In this document: positions 1 through 12,603 of the stretch, piece after piece | How the letters are laid out: each line of letters starts with the position of its first letter | Numbering within the stretch: position 1 is the stretch's first letter | Source: Eremomyces bilateralis CBS 781.70 | Lineage: Eukaryota | NCBI GenBank assembly: GCA_010015585.1 | Contig: ML975156.1 | DNA: 64,000 nucleotides | Strand: one strand, 5' to 3' | Notes under the pieces: model-generated | Databases searched by the model: none | What the model was told of the DNA's origin: nothing | The model's input: the letters and a program-made list of their open reading frames with translations, nothing else | Translations under genes and position numbers: made by a program

Positions 1-1504
1 TGCTATTCGTCCGGCTGTGTGCCCGGCTGTGTGCCCGGCTGTGCGAGCGCGACCCTGCATTCTGCCGCGCCTCGTCCATCTCCAGGGCCAGTCGGTCCGG
101 GTCAGGCGTGACGGCCGGCTGCAGGAACTCGCCGGAGGGGTTCTTCATGACCTCGTCGCCGGCGAGGATCGGGTGGATATCATCGTCGCCGGTGACGCTT
201 TCGGGGCGGATACCGATGGCGTCGGGCGACGGCTCATACGCGGTGCCGCACATGTAGCTGCCACGCCGGGAGTCGCGGACGTGGATGACATCCTCGTCGT
301 GGTCTTCGTGATCGGAGTCGATGGCGTGGTCGTGCTTGAGGCGGGAGACGGGGTCGGTATCGCTGGCGGGAAAGCTCATTTGGTGGAGGGGGGACTCGAC
401 GTGCACGTCTTGGCCGCTGCTGGAGCGGGGTTTGCCGCCTGCTGAGGGAGGGCGGGGGGACGCGATGCGGGACGCATACTCCTCGGCGGCGCGGTTTCCG
501 ATTTCTTCGTCGGGGGTGCCGACGGGCCCGGAACCTGAATGAGCATCGGTTAGAAAAGTTGGGTAGGAGTAACCGTAAGACTCACCACTTCCGACCGCCC
601 GCTTCGCGCTCCCATAGACCAATTCATTCAACTCCGTACTACTCAAATGCCAATCCTTCCGATCCGCCGAAATGGCCGGTCCGTATTCTCCCTCCGTCTC
701 CCTCGCCAACTCCTCCGGATGCTTCTGATACCACTGCTTCTCAATCTTGGTTATCTTCGGCCCAAAGCCGTGTCCATGCATCCCATAACTGCCCGGCGGT
801 CCAGTAAACGGATCCGGAGCGGCGGTCTTGCGCGACAACTGCGGCAAACTCGTCGCCGAGTGATTTGATGGGCCTAGAGTCGGGGTAGGTGCTTGTACGT
901 CGCCAGCATTCTTGTACAGCGGGATTTGAACACCAATTTCGGGAATGCCTTCTTCCGCGTCGTCTTTGTAGATCGACGCCGGGCGACTGCTCTGGCTATG
1001 GGACGACGTGGTCCGCGCCAAAGAAGGTCGTTCAGGAACGGACGGGCGTTCGTCGATGTCACCGACCGCCTTGCCGATGCCCGCCGCCGCCGCTTGTTGG
1101 GAGTCTGTGCGCGTGACGTTCTGGATGCGCGACTTCGCGGTGGACGACGCGAACGACGCTTTCGGGGCGTGAAGCGGGAGGTCCTCGGCGATGTTTTTCG
1201 TCTGCTCGCCGGGCGGCGTCCCGAAGGACATGTTGTCGTACTCTTCGCCTTCGTGGCCGATGGTCGGCAGGTTCACGCTTGGGGGGCGTTGGGGGAATTC
1301 TTGAGAACTCTGTTTTGAGAGGGAGAGTCCGTTTTTGTTGTGGAACGTCGGGTCGTTGAGGGGAGAGCGCGTGTAGGAGCGCTCCTCAGCGACTTCCGTC
1401 GTGCGTTTCGGACGAGCCGGAATGCAAGGGGCGTCGTTGTTGGTGGAATTGCCGGAGGATTGGCCATTTCGAGATGGACGAGGGGGGATGGTAGGAACCG
1501 TCAT
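1..1504 (-). CDS. Aim21-like (DUF3210-type) low-complexity protein, 3' end runs off the window
   Basis: Manual translation from ATG 1504: MTVPTIPPRPSRNG...QRPPSVNLPTIGHEGEEYDNM...RKDWHLSSTELNELVYG, GTGAGT..CTAAC..CAG intron ~536-585, then GTPDEEIG. Motifs resemble filamentous-fungal Aim21 homologues. Absent from the ORF track, probably because the frame has no stop inside the window. Confidence 0.7.
   Translation of the reverse strand, partial: MTVPTIPPRPSRNGQSSGNSTNNDAPCIPARPKRTTEVAEERSYTRSPLNDPTFHNKNGLSLSKQSSQEFPQRPPSVNLPTIGHEGEEYDNMSFGTPPGEQTKNIAEDLPLHAPKASFASSTAKSRIQNVTRTDSQQAAAAGIGKAVGDIDERPSVPERPSLARTTSSHSQSSRPASIYKDDAEEGIPEIGVQIPLYKNAGDVQAPTPTLGPSNHSATSLPQLSRKTAAPDPFTGPPGSYGMHGHGFGPKITKIEKQWYQKHPEELARETEGEYGPAISADRKDWHLSSTELNELVYGSAKRAVGSGESYGYSYPTFLTDAHSGSGPVGTPDEEIGNRAAEEYASRIASPRPPSAGGKPRSSSGQDVHVESPLHQMSFPASDTDPVSRLKHDHAIDSDHEDHDEDVIHVRDSRRGSYMCGTAYEPSPDAIGIRPESVTGDDDIHPILAGDEVMKNPSGEFLQPAVTPDPDRLALEMDEARQNAGSRSHSRAHSRAHSRTNS
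12..43. repeat. 12-bp tandem repeat in coding sequence (ccggctgtgtgc x~3)
   Basis: Encodes SHSRAHSRAHSR on the minus strand. Confidence 0.8.
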
Positions 1505-1836
1505 TGTATAGATATCGTAGTGGAGTTCGGGATTCGTTTAGAGGGATAATAGTGTTAGGGGAAGATAGATTCGTTGATTAAATGGATGGTAGAAAATGAA
1601 AACGGAACTGGAAAGCGAGTCAGCAGCTTGCCTTGCGTGTCCGAAACGTCAACAGCTGGGAAAAGTGTTGGTATCGTTGCGATCTAGATAAGGCCCTGGT
1701 TGTAGTTGAGCCGCCAATGAGCGCGGTCGAGATGGGGATCACGCTGCAGGCACATGCACCAGGCCTGGCAGACTCGAGAGCATTGATATGGAATCAAAGG
1801 TCGGTGAGAGAGGCATCCTCCTTGCCTTGTCGCGGT

Positions 1837-1914
1837 TGAGGCATTAAAGTGTCTTAGTTGATTGATTGAAGCTCAACAGAATCTTGCTCGCAATAACTAA
1901 CTCTCAATGCCTCA
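1837..1914 (-). other. Imperfect ~78-nt hairpin, possible ncRNA/milRNA precursor
   Basis: TGAGGCATT 1837-1845 pairs with AATGCCTCA 1906-1914; TTAGTT 1854-1859 with AACTAA 1895-1900; ATTG/CAAT inside. Confidence 0.4.
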
Positions 1915-3786
1915 GTGCTGGAGGTCTCATCCAATGCGACCAGCAATTTGACGCATGACAGCCTGGAGCCAGGTCCAGGTCACGGTCATTGCTGTTTGCC
2001 CCGAGCCTCTTCATCGCGGGGTGCTGCCGATCCGATGGTTCTGGTGGTGACGTAGCACAACATTGGGGTTGACACTCAACTGGCAGGGCAAGGGAAGGAT
2101 ATGCGGTGAAGGTAGAAGATAGCAACACTTACCAAGATTCTCAAAGCAAAAAGGGCTAATTAGGAGTGGTCGTGGAAGTCAATCATCAGAATAATGATGA
2201 TGGTGATGATGATGATGTGGTGATAGAGGATGTAGAAGAAGTGGTGGTGATTAAGAACGATTCAACGACGAAAGGATTCAAGGAGCAAGAAGTCGAGCAA
2301 GTGGGCCTTTGGAGGGACTGAGCTATTTAAGAGACAATTGGATTTTCAATAAGGAAAACTGGATGAATCATTACAGTGAATTGTTGGCAGAGTGGGAAGC
2401 ATCGTGAGTGGCAGGACTGGGGGGTGTGACGATGCAACGCCATGAGAATCACAGCTGGCGTCATTGGTGGCCCACCGACCGAAGATTAGTGCCTAGAGGC
2501 CTAAGGCAGCTCCACCGCCCGCCCCAGACCGTCTGCACATCAAACCAGAAACTGGTGCGTCTAGATTGCACGATACACCCGCTACCACTGAATTGTCCAT
2601 GTGCCTAATGGCCCGAGAGCTGAGAGCTGAGAGATGTGGAAGGGGCATCATGCATGAAATCGCGCATTTTTAATTAAGACATAGATGAGCGATACTGCGT
2701 CAAATCCCTATCTATTAACTATGCCCAAATCCCTCATAGTAACGACACAGGCAGCCGCAATATTTTACCCGTCACCCGTCGCCGCACCAATTTCCATCAA
2801 ATCGCGCATCCATCCAAAACTCACGATAGCCCAACGGGCCCCCCAAAAAGGCAGACTCGGAAAACTCACGGCTTAAAGAAGCCAAAAGATTCCATCGCAT
2901 CACGGGGGCGACGCCTGCCAAGGCGTAGGGGCCATCCGCCCCGCTTCCCGGCTCCACCTGCATCACGATCGTGGCTGATGTGGAAATCTCTGCAAAGTGC
3001 AAACGCGGAAGGGCAGAAGGGCGCATTTGATTCGGTGCGGGAGAGGGCGGTTTGCACGGGATCAGCAGGTTTGGGTGCCGCCTTGCCGGTCGCGTTGGAT
3101 CACTCATAGATGGGGAGGGTGGCCAATTGGATGGAGAGGTTGGGAAGCGATGTTAGATGGATCGTGATGCATGAATGAAATTGGAAAGGTCAGCGGGTTG
3201 GAAGCTGGCTCGCCTGTTTAGGAGTTACAGCTTCTGGGTAGGTGCTCTGTAATGCCTACAAATTGCCGACTGGCGGAGGTACCACAGTGTGACTGGAGAT
3301 ATCGTAAGTAGGTAAGTTATGGAGCTGGTCGGCGAGATTCCTCGATCCGTCCTTTCTCTTCAGATTTCAACGTCCTGTGTTGCTAGCTCAGCTTCTCCGC
3401 AATCCACATCCTCGCGCTGCAGAAATAGTAGCGCCATGCAACGTGAACTTGTGAGGGTAGCGCCATCGAACCACGTGCCCCACAGAACTACCACAAGTGC
3501 ACGAGGAGAGATGCGTCTCCTAGCAAATCCTCACCCGAGCCGCTGTCGGTTGGTTCAGACTGCTGACTGGCATCAGGCTGTCAGCACTTGGCAAGACCGA
3601 AAGTCTGTTGCCGGCGGTCACGCTTGAAGGGACGCCAGCATTGATGGACGAAGTTCGGACTGTCGACCTTGATTTCATGTGAGCTATCTGTGGGTGAAAA
3701 TGTTTGACAGATCTGTGTACTTAAGTCATTGATGACGAAGCATTGAGAAAAACGGGTTTAGGAAATCAGGTATCGCTGGAGAACGC

Positions 3787-3819
3787 ATTGGTTTCGGTCA
3801 ACATTGGTTTCGGTCAACT
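3787..3819. repeat. 16-bp tandem duplication (cattggtttcggtcaa x2)
   Basis: Exact direct repeat seen in intergenic DNA. Confidence 0.85.
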
Positions 3820-6800
3820 GGGAAAGCTTTGATGGGATTCAGGCATTCAGCCCAACATGATCGGAGAAAAATTCATCAGAGGTCGGTGTGTGCTTCGCAG
3901 TGGTGTTGGTTTGGACATCGTTCCAAACCCCCCAAAAAACCAAAAAAATTATTCCGTGTCTTCGTCATCCAAGAGCGAACGAGCTTGATAAGACATCTCG
4001 ATTCTCGAGTGGATTGTCGACTGTCGTCACTCGTCCCCATTCATGTTGCAAGCGTCAGCCCCGCATTCTCGGTTTCTCACAGACAGCATGGGATCACTAG
4101 CGCATCGAGGATGTGTCGATCGGATATGCATGCGTACGATATACGATATACGACGGCTGGGGTATTGACCGGTCTGGTATGCCGTACCCTTAGGTTACAG
4201 ATACAATCCAAAGTTGCCGGCCACCATGTCCCATCCCGTCGTTGGGTTCTCGTAAACTTTTTCGTTTTCACCGTTTGATGCAAGTCGCAACGTGGCGCTC
4301 TCGCTGGAGACTAGTATCCTGCATACTTGGAAAGGGGGGAACGAGGTGGTAAAAGGTAGGAATACAGAATGCTAGCTTACGAGGTTGCGGAGGTCTCGAT
4401 GAGGAGGTTGATCAGGTCACTGGTGCCGCCGGTGCCGCTTGGTTCTTAGAAATCAATAAATGCGGATGGGTTCACAGTGAGTTTAGATGTGCATGGCAGA
4501 GAGTTAGAGCAAGTTCTCAACAAGTCTGCCGTTTCTTTGTTGGAGGATGCAAGGTGAACGTCCACCAATGGCGGACGAGTACATGCCTATGCAGCGATTT
4601 TGTGCTCGGGACCATCTCCCTCGTAGGTTCAGACCGTTACGTTCCTGGTTCGGAATATCCCCTATTATCATGCTGTATCCTTCCATCTAGAGTCGCTTAA
4701 TTTCCTCACCTCTATCCTCCCTTCGATCCAAAATTCGATAACTTTGTTTAGAGACGTTGCACACCATCCACGTGGGGTCCTATCGCCGTGTGGCCCATTC
4801 CGCCACGCAACGATTCCCCTTGAAGCTTCGCGCCAACCGCAATCAAGCTATAACCAAGCGCCTAGCAATGACCATCCATGCGTGTGACAGGCATGGCCGC
4901 TGCCATTATCCAATCAATGTCATTCCTGCCCACATCCGATTATGGGACCCTGGCCGGTGCCTGTTGACGAAACCACGAACATGTGTGGGGTAGTGGGAGA
5001 AAGGAACCATTCAATATTCATGGTTGGGGAAAGGATGTTGCCATACCAGATTAGGAGAGATTATTGGAGGGAGAAGCGCTCCTTGCGTACTGGGGAGGAA
5101 TTCCACTTTCAGCGCTCAATTTACAACATCAGGGTTCTAACGAATATTTGTTTGAGTCGTTGGGCACCGTCATCCCAATTGGCCATACATGTGAAGAGTA
5201 AAAGCTTGAGACACGGGAGGAAAAGGGAGAGAAAACGGATATGGTTTCAGCTCTGTCCTTACTCTCACCGAAGAATATCTGCTCCATCTACAGAATACAG
5301 TAAATGAGCTTCGACGAAGACGCTTTCCTTAGGAACCGCCCTTTGTGCAATATCCTGGGGGCTGGGCCATGTGGAGGAAATAAGGTTGGCTTGGCGAGGC
5401 TTAGCATTTCTTGGCGTATGGATATTGTGATTCTTGAAGTGGGACACTTGACACTTCCCCTGCCGTTCGACCTTCACGTTCCACTGTTCTACGGTCTCGT
5501 TCAACGTCCTTTCCACTACCATTACTTCAATGTATCTCCTAAATTATATCCTCATGGCCGCCATCCCTCCTGGATTGGAATGATGTTATTCTCTACAAGC
5601 CAGTGAGCATTGCTCTCAGTATAGGAACCTCGGTTACCATATGGTTTCATTGGTACAAACTAGAAGCATCGTGGTTCCTTCGCTATCTTAGCTTCGTTCC
5701 CCGGATTTCTTAGTTCTCTCCGCATCTCTGGCTGCATGTCAGCCGATTGGTCCCCGATTGTGTGCTCGTATTCTTGTGCGTTGTGCCTCACATCCATGGT
5801 GCCGGATAGGGGATGGCGGATGACATTCTTTTACCCAGTTCAACCTTCCAATAACCCAGTTCGTGTCAACTGACAGCTACAAAACGTTGAGTTCCGAGCT
5901 GGCATAACCGTACCTAGATCGCGCCATTTGCTGGGTTACCGTGAGAGCCGCGGCCTGCTGTTCTGGGATCAGAGCATTACTGGCGAATAATCAGACTTCC
6001 CTGGCATTTATATCCCGCGACGCCTGCTTTCGCTTACCGGCAATCCGTACCATTCCCTGCGTCACCGACTCGCCTGGTCCCTCCAAAGATGGTGTACGGA
6101 CGTGGGGTACGGCAGATATGGCCTCCAGCCACCAATGACACGCAGCATATCTACATTTTCCCGTCTGGGCGAACAAACCGCGATTCAGGACTCTTTCAGA
6201 CTTTCCATTCTACTTGAAAGAAGTAATCGACTAAACAAGTCATTTTTCCATATTGCCTCGGAGCTTGGCGTTGTTTCGCGTCTGCCATTGGCTCAACACA
6301 CCCCTACCCCTCCATGAGATTTCAGGCGGCCGGCGCTCTTAGCCCAGAAACATAAAAGATGCCAAGCCGTGCACTTTTCGCGTTCGGTTCCGCTGCATAC
6401 GACGACCCTGCGCATGCACCACCGTGGGCTGAGAGATACCCACGCCAGCGACCCCTGTGCCCCATGGGGTAGTGTCAACGGAGTCCACTGACGAACGGGA
6501 ACCAAGTCTTAAAGTCGTTTCTAGAATCGTTCGGGCTAGAGCTGCTTGGCGACGCATTGCATACATGATTCATCTACCAGGAAATCACGGCGGTTGGGTA
6601 CGAGCAGGCGATGTTCTGGACGTCGTCGTGCGCCGCCCAGCCAGCAGAGGATCAAGCCAAGTCTACGAAATGAAACTAAAGGGCCGAGCGGGGTTGTGTG
6701 GCACGGTGGGATAGAGGGTGGATCTCTCCAGGGTCATGGCAACGACCGTAAGTACATTCTCTGTACATTTATAATATTGCTCATGGCCATCTATTTCTCT

Positions 6801-6878
6801 GTCTCCTTTACTTCAGGTCGAGTCGTCACTGTCGTTCCTTCCTTGCAGTCCCTTCCGCACTCTATCTGTCTTGCAATC

Positions 6879-8966
6879 ATGGGTCAATCCGACGTGGTAG
6901 ACCATCCGGAGAAGACCGAGACGGTGCAAACGGAGGTTGTCCCTACTCCTACTAGCAATGATGTTAGTTCTACTACATCAGAGACAGCTGGGGGTCCCCC
7001 CGGAATGACCAAGGCGAAGTGGCTCGCCTGTATAGCCTTGGCGCTGGGGTACACGACGACCTTCCAGCAATTTGCATGCACAGGATCTATTGTCAGGCAC
7101 ATCGATCTTGAGCTTGGTCATTCCCCTCAGTACAATTGGATGCTGGCAGTATATACGCTAGGTCTAGCTGTATGCTTGCCCGTTACTGGTAATTTTGCCC
7201 TATTCTATACTTGAGGATTCATAACTAATTGTCCTAGGCGGTCTCTCCGATATCTTTGGACGTCGATGGTTTTTCATGGGTGGCTGCGTTGTATCCTTAA
7301 TTGGAACTATCGTCTCAGTGCGAGCCGACGCCGTAAACATGGTGATTGGAGGTATGGCTCTGAAGGGCATTGGGGCTGCCGCGCAACAACTCGCGTAAGT
7401 CTCGAATTACGGTGCAGAGCCCACTTTCTCTAATGCCTTGCAGGGTGGCCGGTATTGCTGAGATCGTCCCAAATAAGCATCGAGGCACGGCTCAAGCCAT
7501 TCTGGACATTATCACCACCCCCTGGACCATGTTCGGCTCGCTCGCCGGCAATGCCATGGTCAAATACCACCATCTCACGTTCAGGATCAATTGGTATGTT
7601 GGGATTGCGCTGAATATTGTGACCCTGGTCATGGCATTCTTCTTCTACTTTCCGGTAAGTTCAATATGCGCTGGAGTCCCATGGAAATGACTGACATCCA
7701 CCATAGCCGCACCATCCGAACTCGCATGGCAAGTCAAAGCGTCAGCAATTCTACGAAATTGACTGGATCGGTGTTGCTCTTTGGGCCGTAAGTCTTGTCT
7801 CCAACCGACCTCGCTTTGGATGTTAACGGCGACCCTAGTCCGGGCTCACTATGCTTCTCGTCGGTATCTCCTTTGGAGGCGTGTCGTATCCATGGAAATC
7901 TGCTATTGTCCTCTGCCTGATCCTGATTGGTGCCGCTCTTCTCTTCGTTATGGGCATGTGGGAATGGAAATTTGCACCGAACCCCTTCATGGACCGGTCC
8001 CTGTTTTCCCGCGGCCGCACGTTCAGTCTGGTCCTGGTGATCATCTTCGTCGCTGGTATGGGTCTGTATGCCGGCTCTGCATTCTGGCCCCAGCAGATCT
8101 CGTTCATGTACGATGAAGATCCGATCCGCATTGGTGTCCTCACCATCGCAGGTGGTGCCGGTGGTGCTAGTAAGTGCCAAAACACTCCCATCCGCGCATT
8201 CCGTCCCTATTCTAACCTCCCTCCCTCCAGCCGGTGGCTTCGTCAGCGGCATGATCATCGGCAAACACAAGTGGCTCAAAACCCACTGGTGCGTCCTCTT
8301 CGGCGTCTTCCTTAAAGTCGTCGGCCCCGCCGGCCTCACCACCCTCACCCCCGACACCCTCTCCCGCGCCCTCGGCCTCACCTTCCTGTCTGGCTGTGGC
8401 ACCGGCTGGGTCTCCGTCTCCCTGATCGTGTGCATCCAGCTCGCCTGTGACGACCACAACATCGGTCTCGCCTCCATGCTGATCGGCAGCTTCCGCGCGG
8501 CCGGCGGCACCGTCGCGCTGGCGATCTACAGTACCGTGCTCAGCAACAAGGTGCGCCAAGTCATCGGGAAGCATATCGGTGGCGCCGTCATCCCGATGGG
8601 CGTGAAGCGGGAGGATCTGGCGCGGTTCATCACCGCGATCAGCGCGGGGGATATCAAGACCGCGCTGACTATCCCCGGAGCGAACGTCGAGGTGCTATTG
8701 GCGGCCAAGGAGGCCTCCAAGTGGGCCTATGCCGAGGGATTTAAGTACGTCCGATTTTCCGTTGCCGTAATACCCTCTAGTGGGAAACATGACTGACTAA
8801 CCGTCATAGGGCCCTCTACATCACGGCCTTGAGCTTCGCGGCGTTCGCTTTCGTCGTCACGCTCTTCACGAAGGACGTGTCGAAGAACATGACCTCGCAT
8901 GTAGCCGTGCGCCTGGAGAATGAGGCGCCTGTCTCTGATGATGAGAAGGAGAAAGCGTTAGCGTAG
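6879..8966 (+). CDS. MFS transporter, TRI12/fungal trichothecene efflux pump-like family
   Basis: About 7 exons of hydrophobic helices; MFS motif GGLSDIFGRRWF, AEIVPNKHRG, C-terminal KNMTSHVAVRLE; canonical GT-AG introns. Confidence 0.9.
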
Positions 8967-9866
8967 GACAGAAGCGCATGGGTTAGGACGGAGGGAAACG
9001 TCTCGCCTGCACTGGGTCGATGTAGGTCAAAACATTGAATAAAGGAACCAAGGAATCAATATTACTATGGGAACTCTAATACTTTCACGATCATGTCGAA
9101 CCCTTTTTTACATTTCTAAGCCGTCCATAATTTGCTATTGTGACACTCGGTCAATAACACATGTCAGCAGGTGCTTGAATTAGACCATTCTTCGGTTTTC
9201 CGCCAGTCTGCCTTTTTATCCGTTCCGTGATTGGTATTTCATGTCCCAGCACCTCAGTAGGCGGAGTTGTGAAGGAGCCCGAGATCAGCCATCTCGATTC
9301 ACCTCCTCTTCCGAGGGTATTTCGCCAATGGAGCGATCTCACCAGCACCCAGGATGCTAGACCATGCCCTTCATCTAGATCTACGATAATTATATGGCTC
9401 CAATACGAGATGTTCCATCCGCATCTAGACCTTCATCAAGTATATTGCTATTAGCAGCCACAAAGTGAACGCCCTAGCTGTTTCATGTGATCCCGTTGGT
9501 CAGCCATATATGAGCGCATTGAGCGAAAGGGGTCCGGCTATAGCAGCCTTGGGTCGAACGATTGTTTCTGGTGGACGGGATGGCGGATTAAAAAAGGTCG
9601 GATCCTGATAGGCGAGTTGGAGAACAATAGGTCGCTTAGCGGAAATTGGCACGCGGCATTCACAAGCCCCAAGAAAAGCTTACGTCGTCCTCCCCTCTTT
9701 CCACGGTAAAAGAATTTTTCAAAGCTGAACGGCTGAATTGAGGCAGAACAGATGTCATCAAGCGGTAAAGCCCGATGTATCTCCTTAGCCAATAGCTCTC
9801 TCAACATTTCTATATATTGTCACCGATCACCGTGCGAGGAAGATTCTCATTGTTATCCAGAAGCGC

Positions 9867-12014
9867 TCAGGTACGTTTTGCGAACAACGTCTTGGTCTGT
9901 GAATTGAACGACGTCACGCTCTTCACGCGCTTGATGAACTCGCCCGTCTGATCGCTCGAAATGCGGCCACGGAACACTTCCAAGAGCCCCTTAAGCGCGA
10001 TGCCTTCTGCTGGGATGGCGTTGCGGATGTCTTCGACGGTGGGGATTGCTGGGATGTGTGTTAATCATCTACGCGGCTTTCATGAAGTTTATATGGAGCT
10101 TGAGATGAGTGTCGAGAGAGGATGCTGGGTACTTACGTCGCTTCTCGGGACTGGCCGCCCGCGCTGCACCAGGGGCAGGGCTCGCTGCGCGGGAACCAAT
10201 TGGCGTCCCCGTGCGCGATGGACGCTGCATTTTCGAAACTTTCCGGCGTCCACCGTCGGTCGTTTCACTGTCACTTCCAGAGGCGGCGGCACCGGAGAAA
10301 GACCCTTGGCGCGACGCGGCGAGGGAGGTTGGCTTGGGCGAGTGTGGCCGCGACGGGATCCTCGTGACAGGTGGTTGCGCGGGCATGTGGCTCTGCTTGA
10401 GGCGCTTGCGGACGGACTCGCTGTCGCTGGCGTCGGAGAGGTTGGGGGATCCGGGGCGTTTGAGGGATGCGGCGGCGGTGAGGGGCTCGCCGTGTTTTGA
10501 GGCGCGGCCGGAGGGGGTGTTGCTGCCGGTGTTGGCTCCAGAAAGTCGGTCGGTGTCTTTGCCTTTGTCGTCCTCTCCAGCCGCTTTCTTAGCTGCCTCT
10601 TCTTCCGCACGCTTGCGCTCCTCCTCTTCGGAATCGTCGCTGTCGCTCTGGTGGGTTATGTCAATACCAAGAACTTAGGAAACGGGATGAAAAGGGAGCT
10701 GGTTAAAGGAAGTAATGGTGGACTAACAGATGCAAAATAAGGGTTGCCATCCTCATCTTCGAGATAGGCGTTATTTCGTTCCTTCTTCCATAATGACTTT
10801 TTCAACTTCTTCTCCAGCTCCCTCTGTCGCTCCTCTGCCCTTTGTCGATTTTGTTCCTCTCTCTCGACCTCCTGCTCATCCGTCAAGCCGAATACGTTAG
10901 CCTGGCGCTGCTCTTTGAAAATCGCTTCTTCCGCCTCTTTCCGGGTCTCTTCATCTTCGCCAAACAGATCGCCTTCATCATCGTCATCAAAGTCGGCCTT
11001 CATGTCGAAGTCGAAATCGTGATCATTCCCAGCACCCGCCTCCTCTGTAACACGCTGTGTATCGGGCCTGGATACCACAAAACCGCGCCCACGCTCCGAG
11101 TCCTTGCTCCGTTGCTTGGAAGCAGCCATTTGGTCCTCGGCCTCTTGGACGAACCGGGGACCTTTGTACTTCTTCTTCATCTCCGCTTCCGCTTCGTCAT
11201 ATGTCATTGTTTTCATCTTTCCAACCTCACGGAACTTGTAGAATTTCTCGACTGGCATGACTCGGTATTGCCCTTGCTGAGTTGGACCGGGTTCGCGGAC
11301 CATTACGATAAATTGATCCACGAGACCACCTTCATAGGCACCGCGCCACGTATGCTGGTTATCGAAGTCTTCCAGATGCCACGGAATGGATTCTTCGTAC
11401 CGCAATTGACTTCGCTTCTGCTGTTCGGGTGTCTCGTTGAGTTCGTATGCCGACACGGCCGTAGCCTTCCGTCGCGTATTCTGCTGCTTTTGTGTCTTTG
11501 TTGATGGTGCGATCTGGGCTAGATTCTCGTCCCGGATGCGCTTCCTTTCCGCCTTGACCGCCTCAATCCGCTCGCGTTCCTGATCTGCTTCCGCGATCTC
11601 CTTGGTGTCCACATCCATGGTTTCCCCGCCAGGCATAATAGCCTGCAGGTCTCGCCGATGGAGCCGGACTGGTCGGGTCCATTCATCTTGATTCGTAGGG
11701 TCGACCGTCTGATTGCCTTGCAAGCGCATGAGATGATGCCGTAGCCCTTTCAGTATCGCCCGTTTCGTCGTGAAGACAGGAATGTCTCGGAATTTGACGT
11801 CAGGTTCATCCTTGACTCGGGGTTGGGAAGTAGTCGGGCCGTTTGCTGGTGGTGCCGGAGGGGTGCCAGTTTTCGGTCTCGGTCTTGCTGTAGGAGGTCC
11901 TCTCTGGCCAGGCTTTGGGCGGGTAATCAAAGGATTTGCCTTTGGCTTTCGTCGATATACAGGCGCGCCTCCATTGGGGGTAGAGCCGGGAGGGCCTGCT
12001 GGCGAGGCGCTCAT
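9867..12014 (-). CDS. tfg1: Transcription initiation factor TFIIF large subunit (Tfg1/RAP74)
   Basis: RPVRLHRRD, RYEESIPWHLEDFD, PVEKFYKF, acidic DFDDDDEG tract; C-terminal small domain IPTVEDIRNAIPAEGI after introns; stop at 9867. Confidence 0.9.
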
Positions 12015-12213
12015 TGCCTAAGACTGAAGTGTATCGATGGACAGCAAGCAGTTGAAGGGTGTTTGGATATCGTCCTGGAAAAGCAAATATGAGAAAGACC
12101 TGTGGGCCAAGGTGAAATTGTTAAATTGTTTGCAGAAAGGAGGATTCACGTTGGATGTGGAATGTTCATTGATTAACTCCAGGAACGGATTGACATCTGA
12201 GTGCTGAGGTCAC

Positions 12214-12230
12214 TGACTCAGTCACGTGAT
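12214..12230. promoter_or_regulatory. Adjacent TGACTCA (AP-1/Gcn4-CpcA type) and GTCACGTGAT (Cbf1-type E-box) upstream of tfg1
   Basis: Exact motif matches about 200 bp upstream of the tfg1 ATG; function inferred only. Confidence 0.4.
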
Positions 12231-12264
12231 AATAATATAATGCCTGAGGTAGTAAGGCAGTAAT

Positions 12265-12480
12265 ATCGCCTGAGGCAGAGAGCCTCAGAGCCAGAGGGCA
12301 GAGAGGGCGAGGGATAGGGCGAGAGCGGAGATGTCAGGGGGCAGACAGAGGCTGAGAGCCGAGAGAGGGCAGAGAGGGCGGAGAGGCTCAGAGCCGTCAG
12401 AGCCTCAGAGGCTGAGAGCCGTGAGAGCCTGAGAGCCTGAGAGGGCAGGAGGGCTAGAGGGTAGAGGGCCAGAGGGCGGC
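12265..12480. repeat. Degenerate 8-9 bp purine-rich minisatellite (AGAGCC/AGAGGGC cores)
   Basis: Many units such as tcagagcc, tgagagcc, agagagggc in tandem. Confidence 0.8.
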
Positions 12481-12603
12481 GCACTTATTTTTGTCTGTGG
12501 CACAGATATAAATTGCTAGCGCAGACCGCCTACAGTTTACTATCACTTATGATTTTGCGAACCATCTCATCAAAGAGCATCGTTATGTTTTCACCCGACT
12601 ATT

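Noticed and set aside
17..1549. Plus-strand ORFs of 70-140 aa
   Set aside because: Antisense shadows of the GC-rich Aim21-like gene.
2400..6800. Many short ORFs in a 4.4-kb gap
   Set aside because: No recognisable motifs, codon bias or consistent exon chain; treated as intergenic.
12265..12480. CRISPR-like or telomeric array
   Set aside because: No unique spacers, no TTAGGG units, eukaryotic context.
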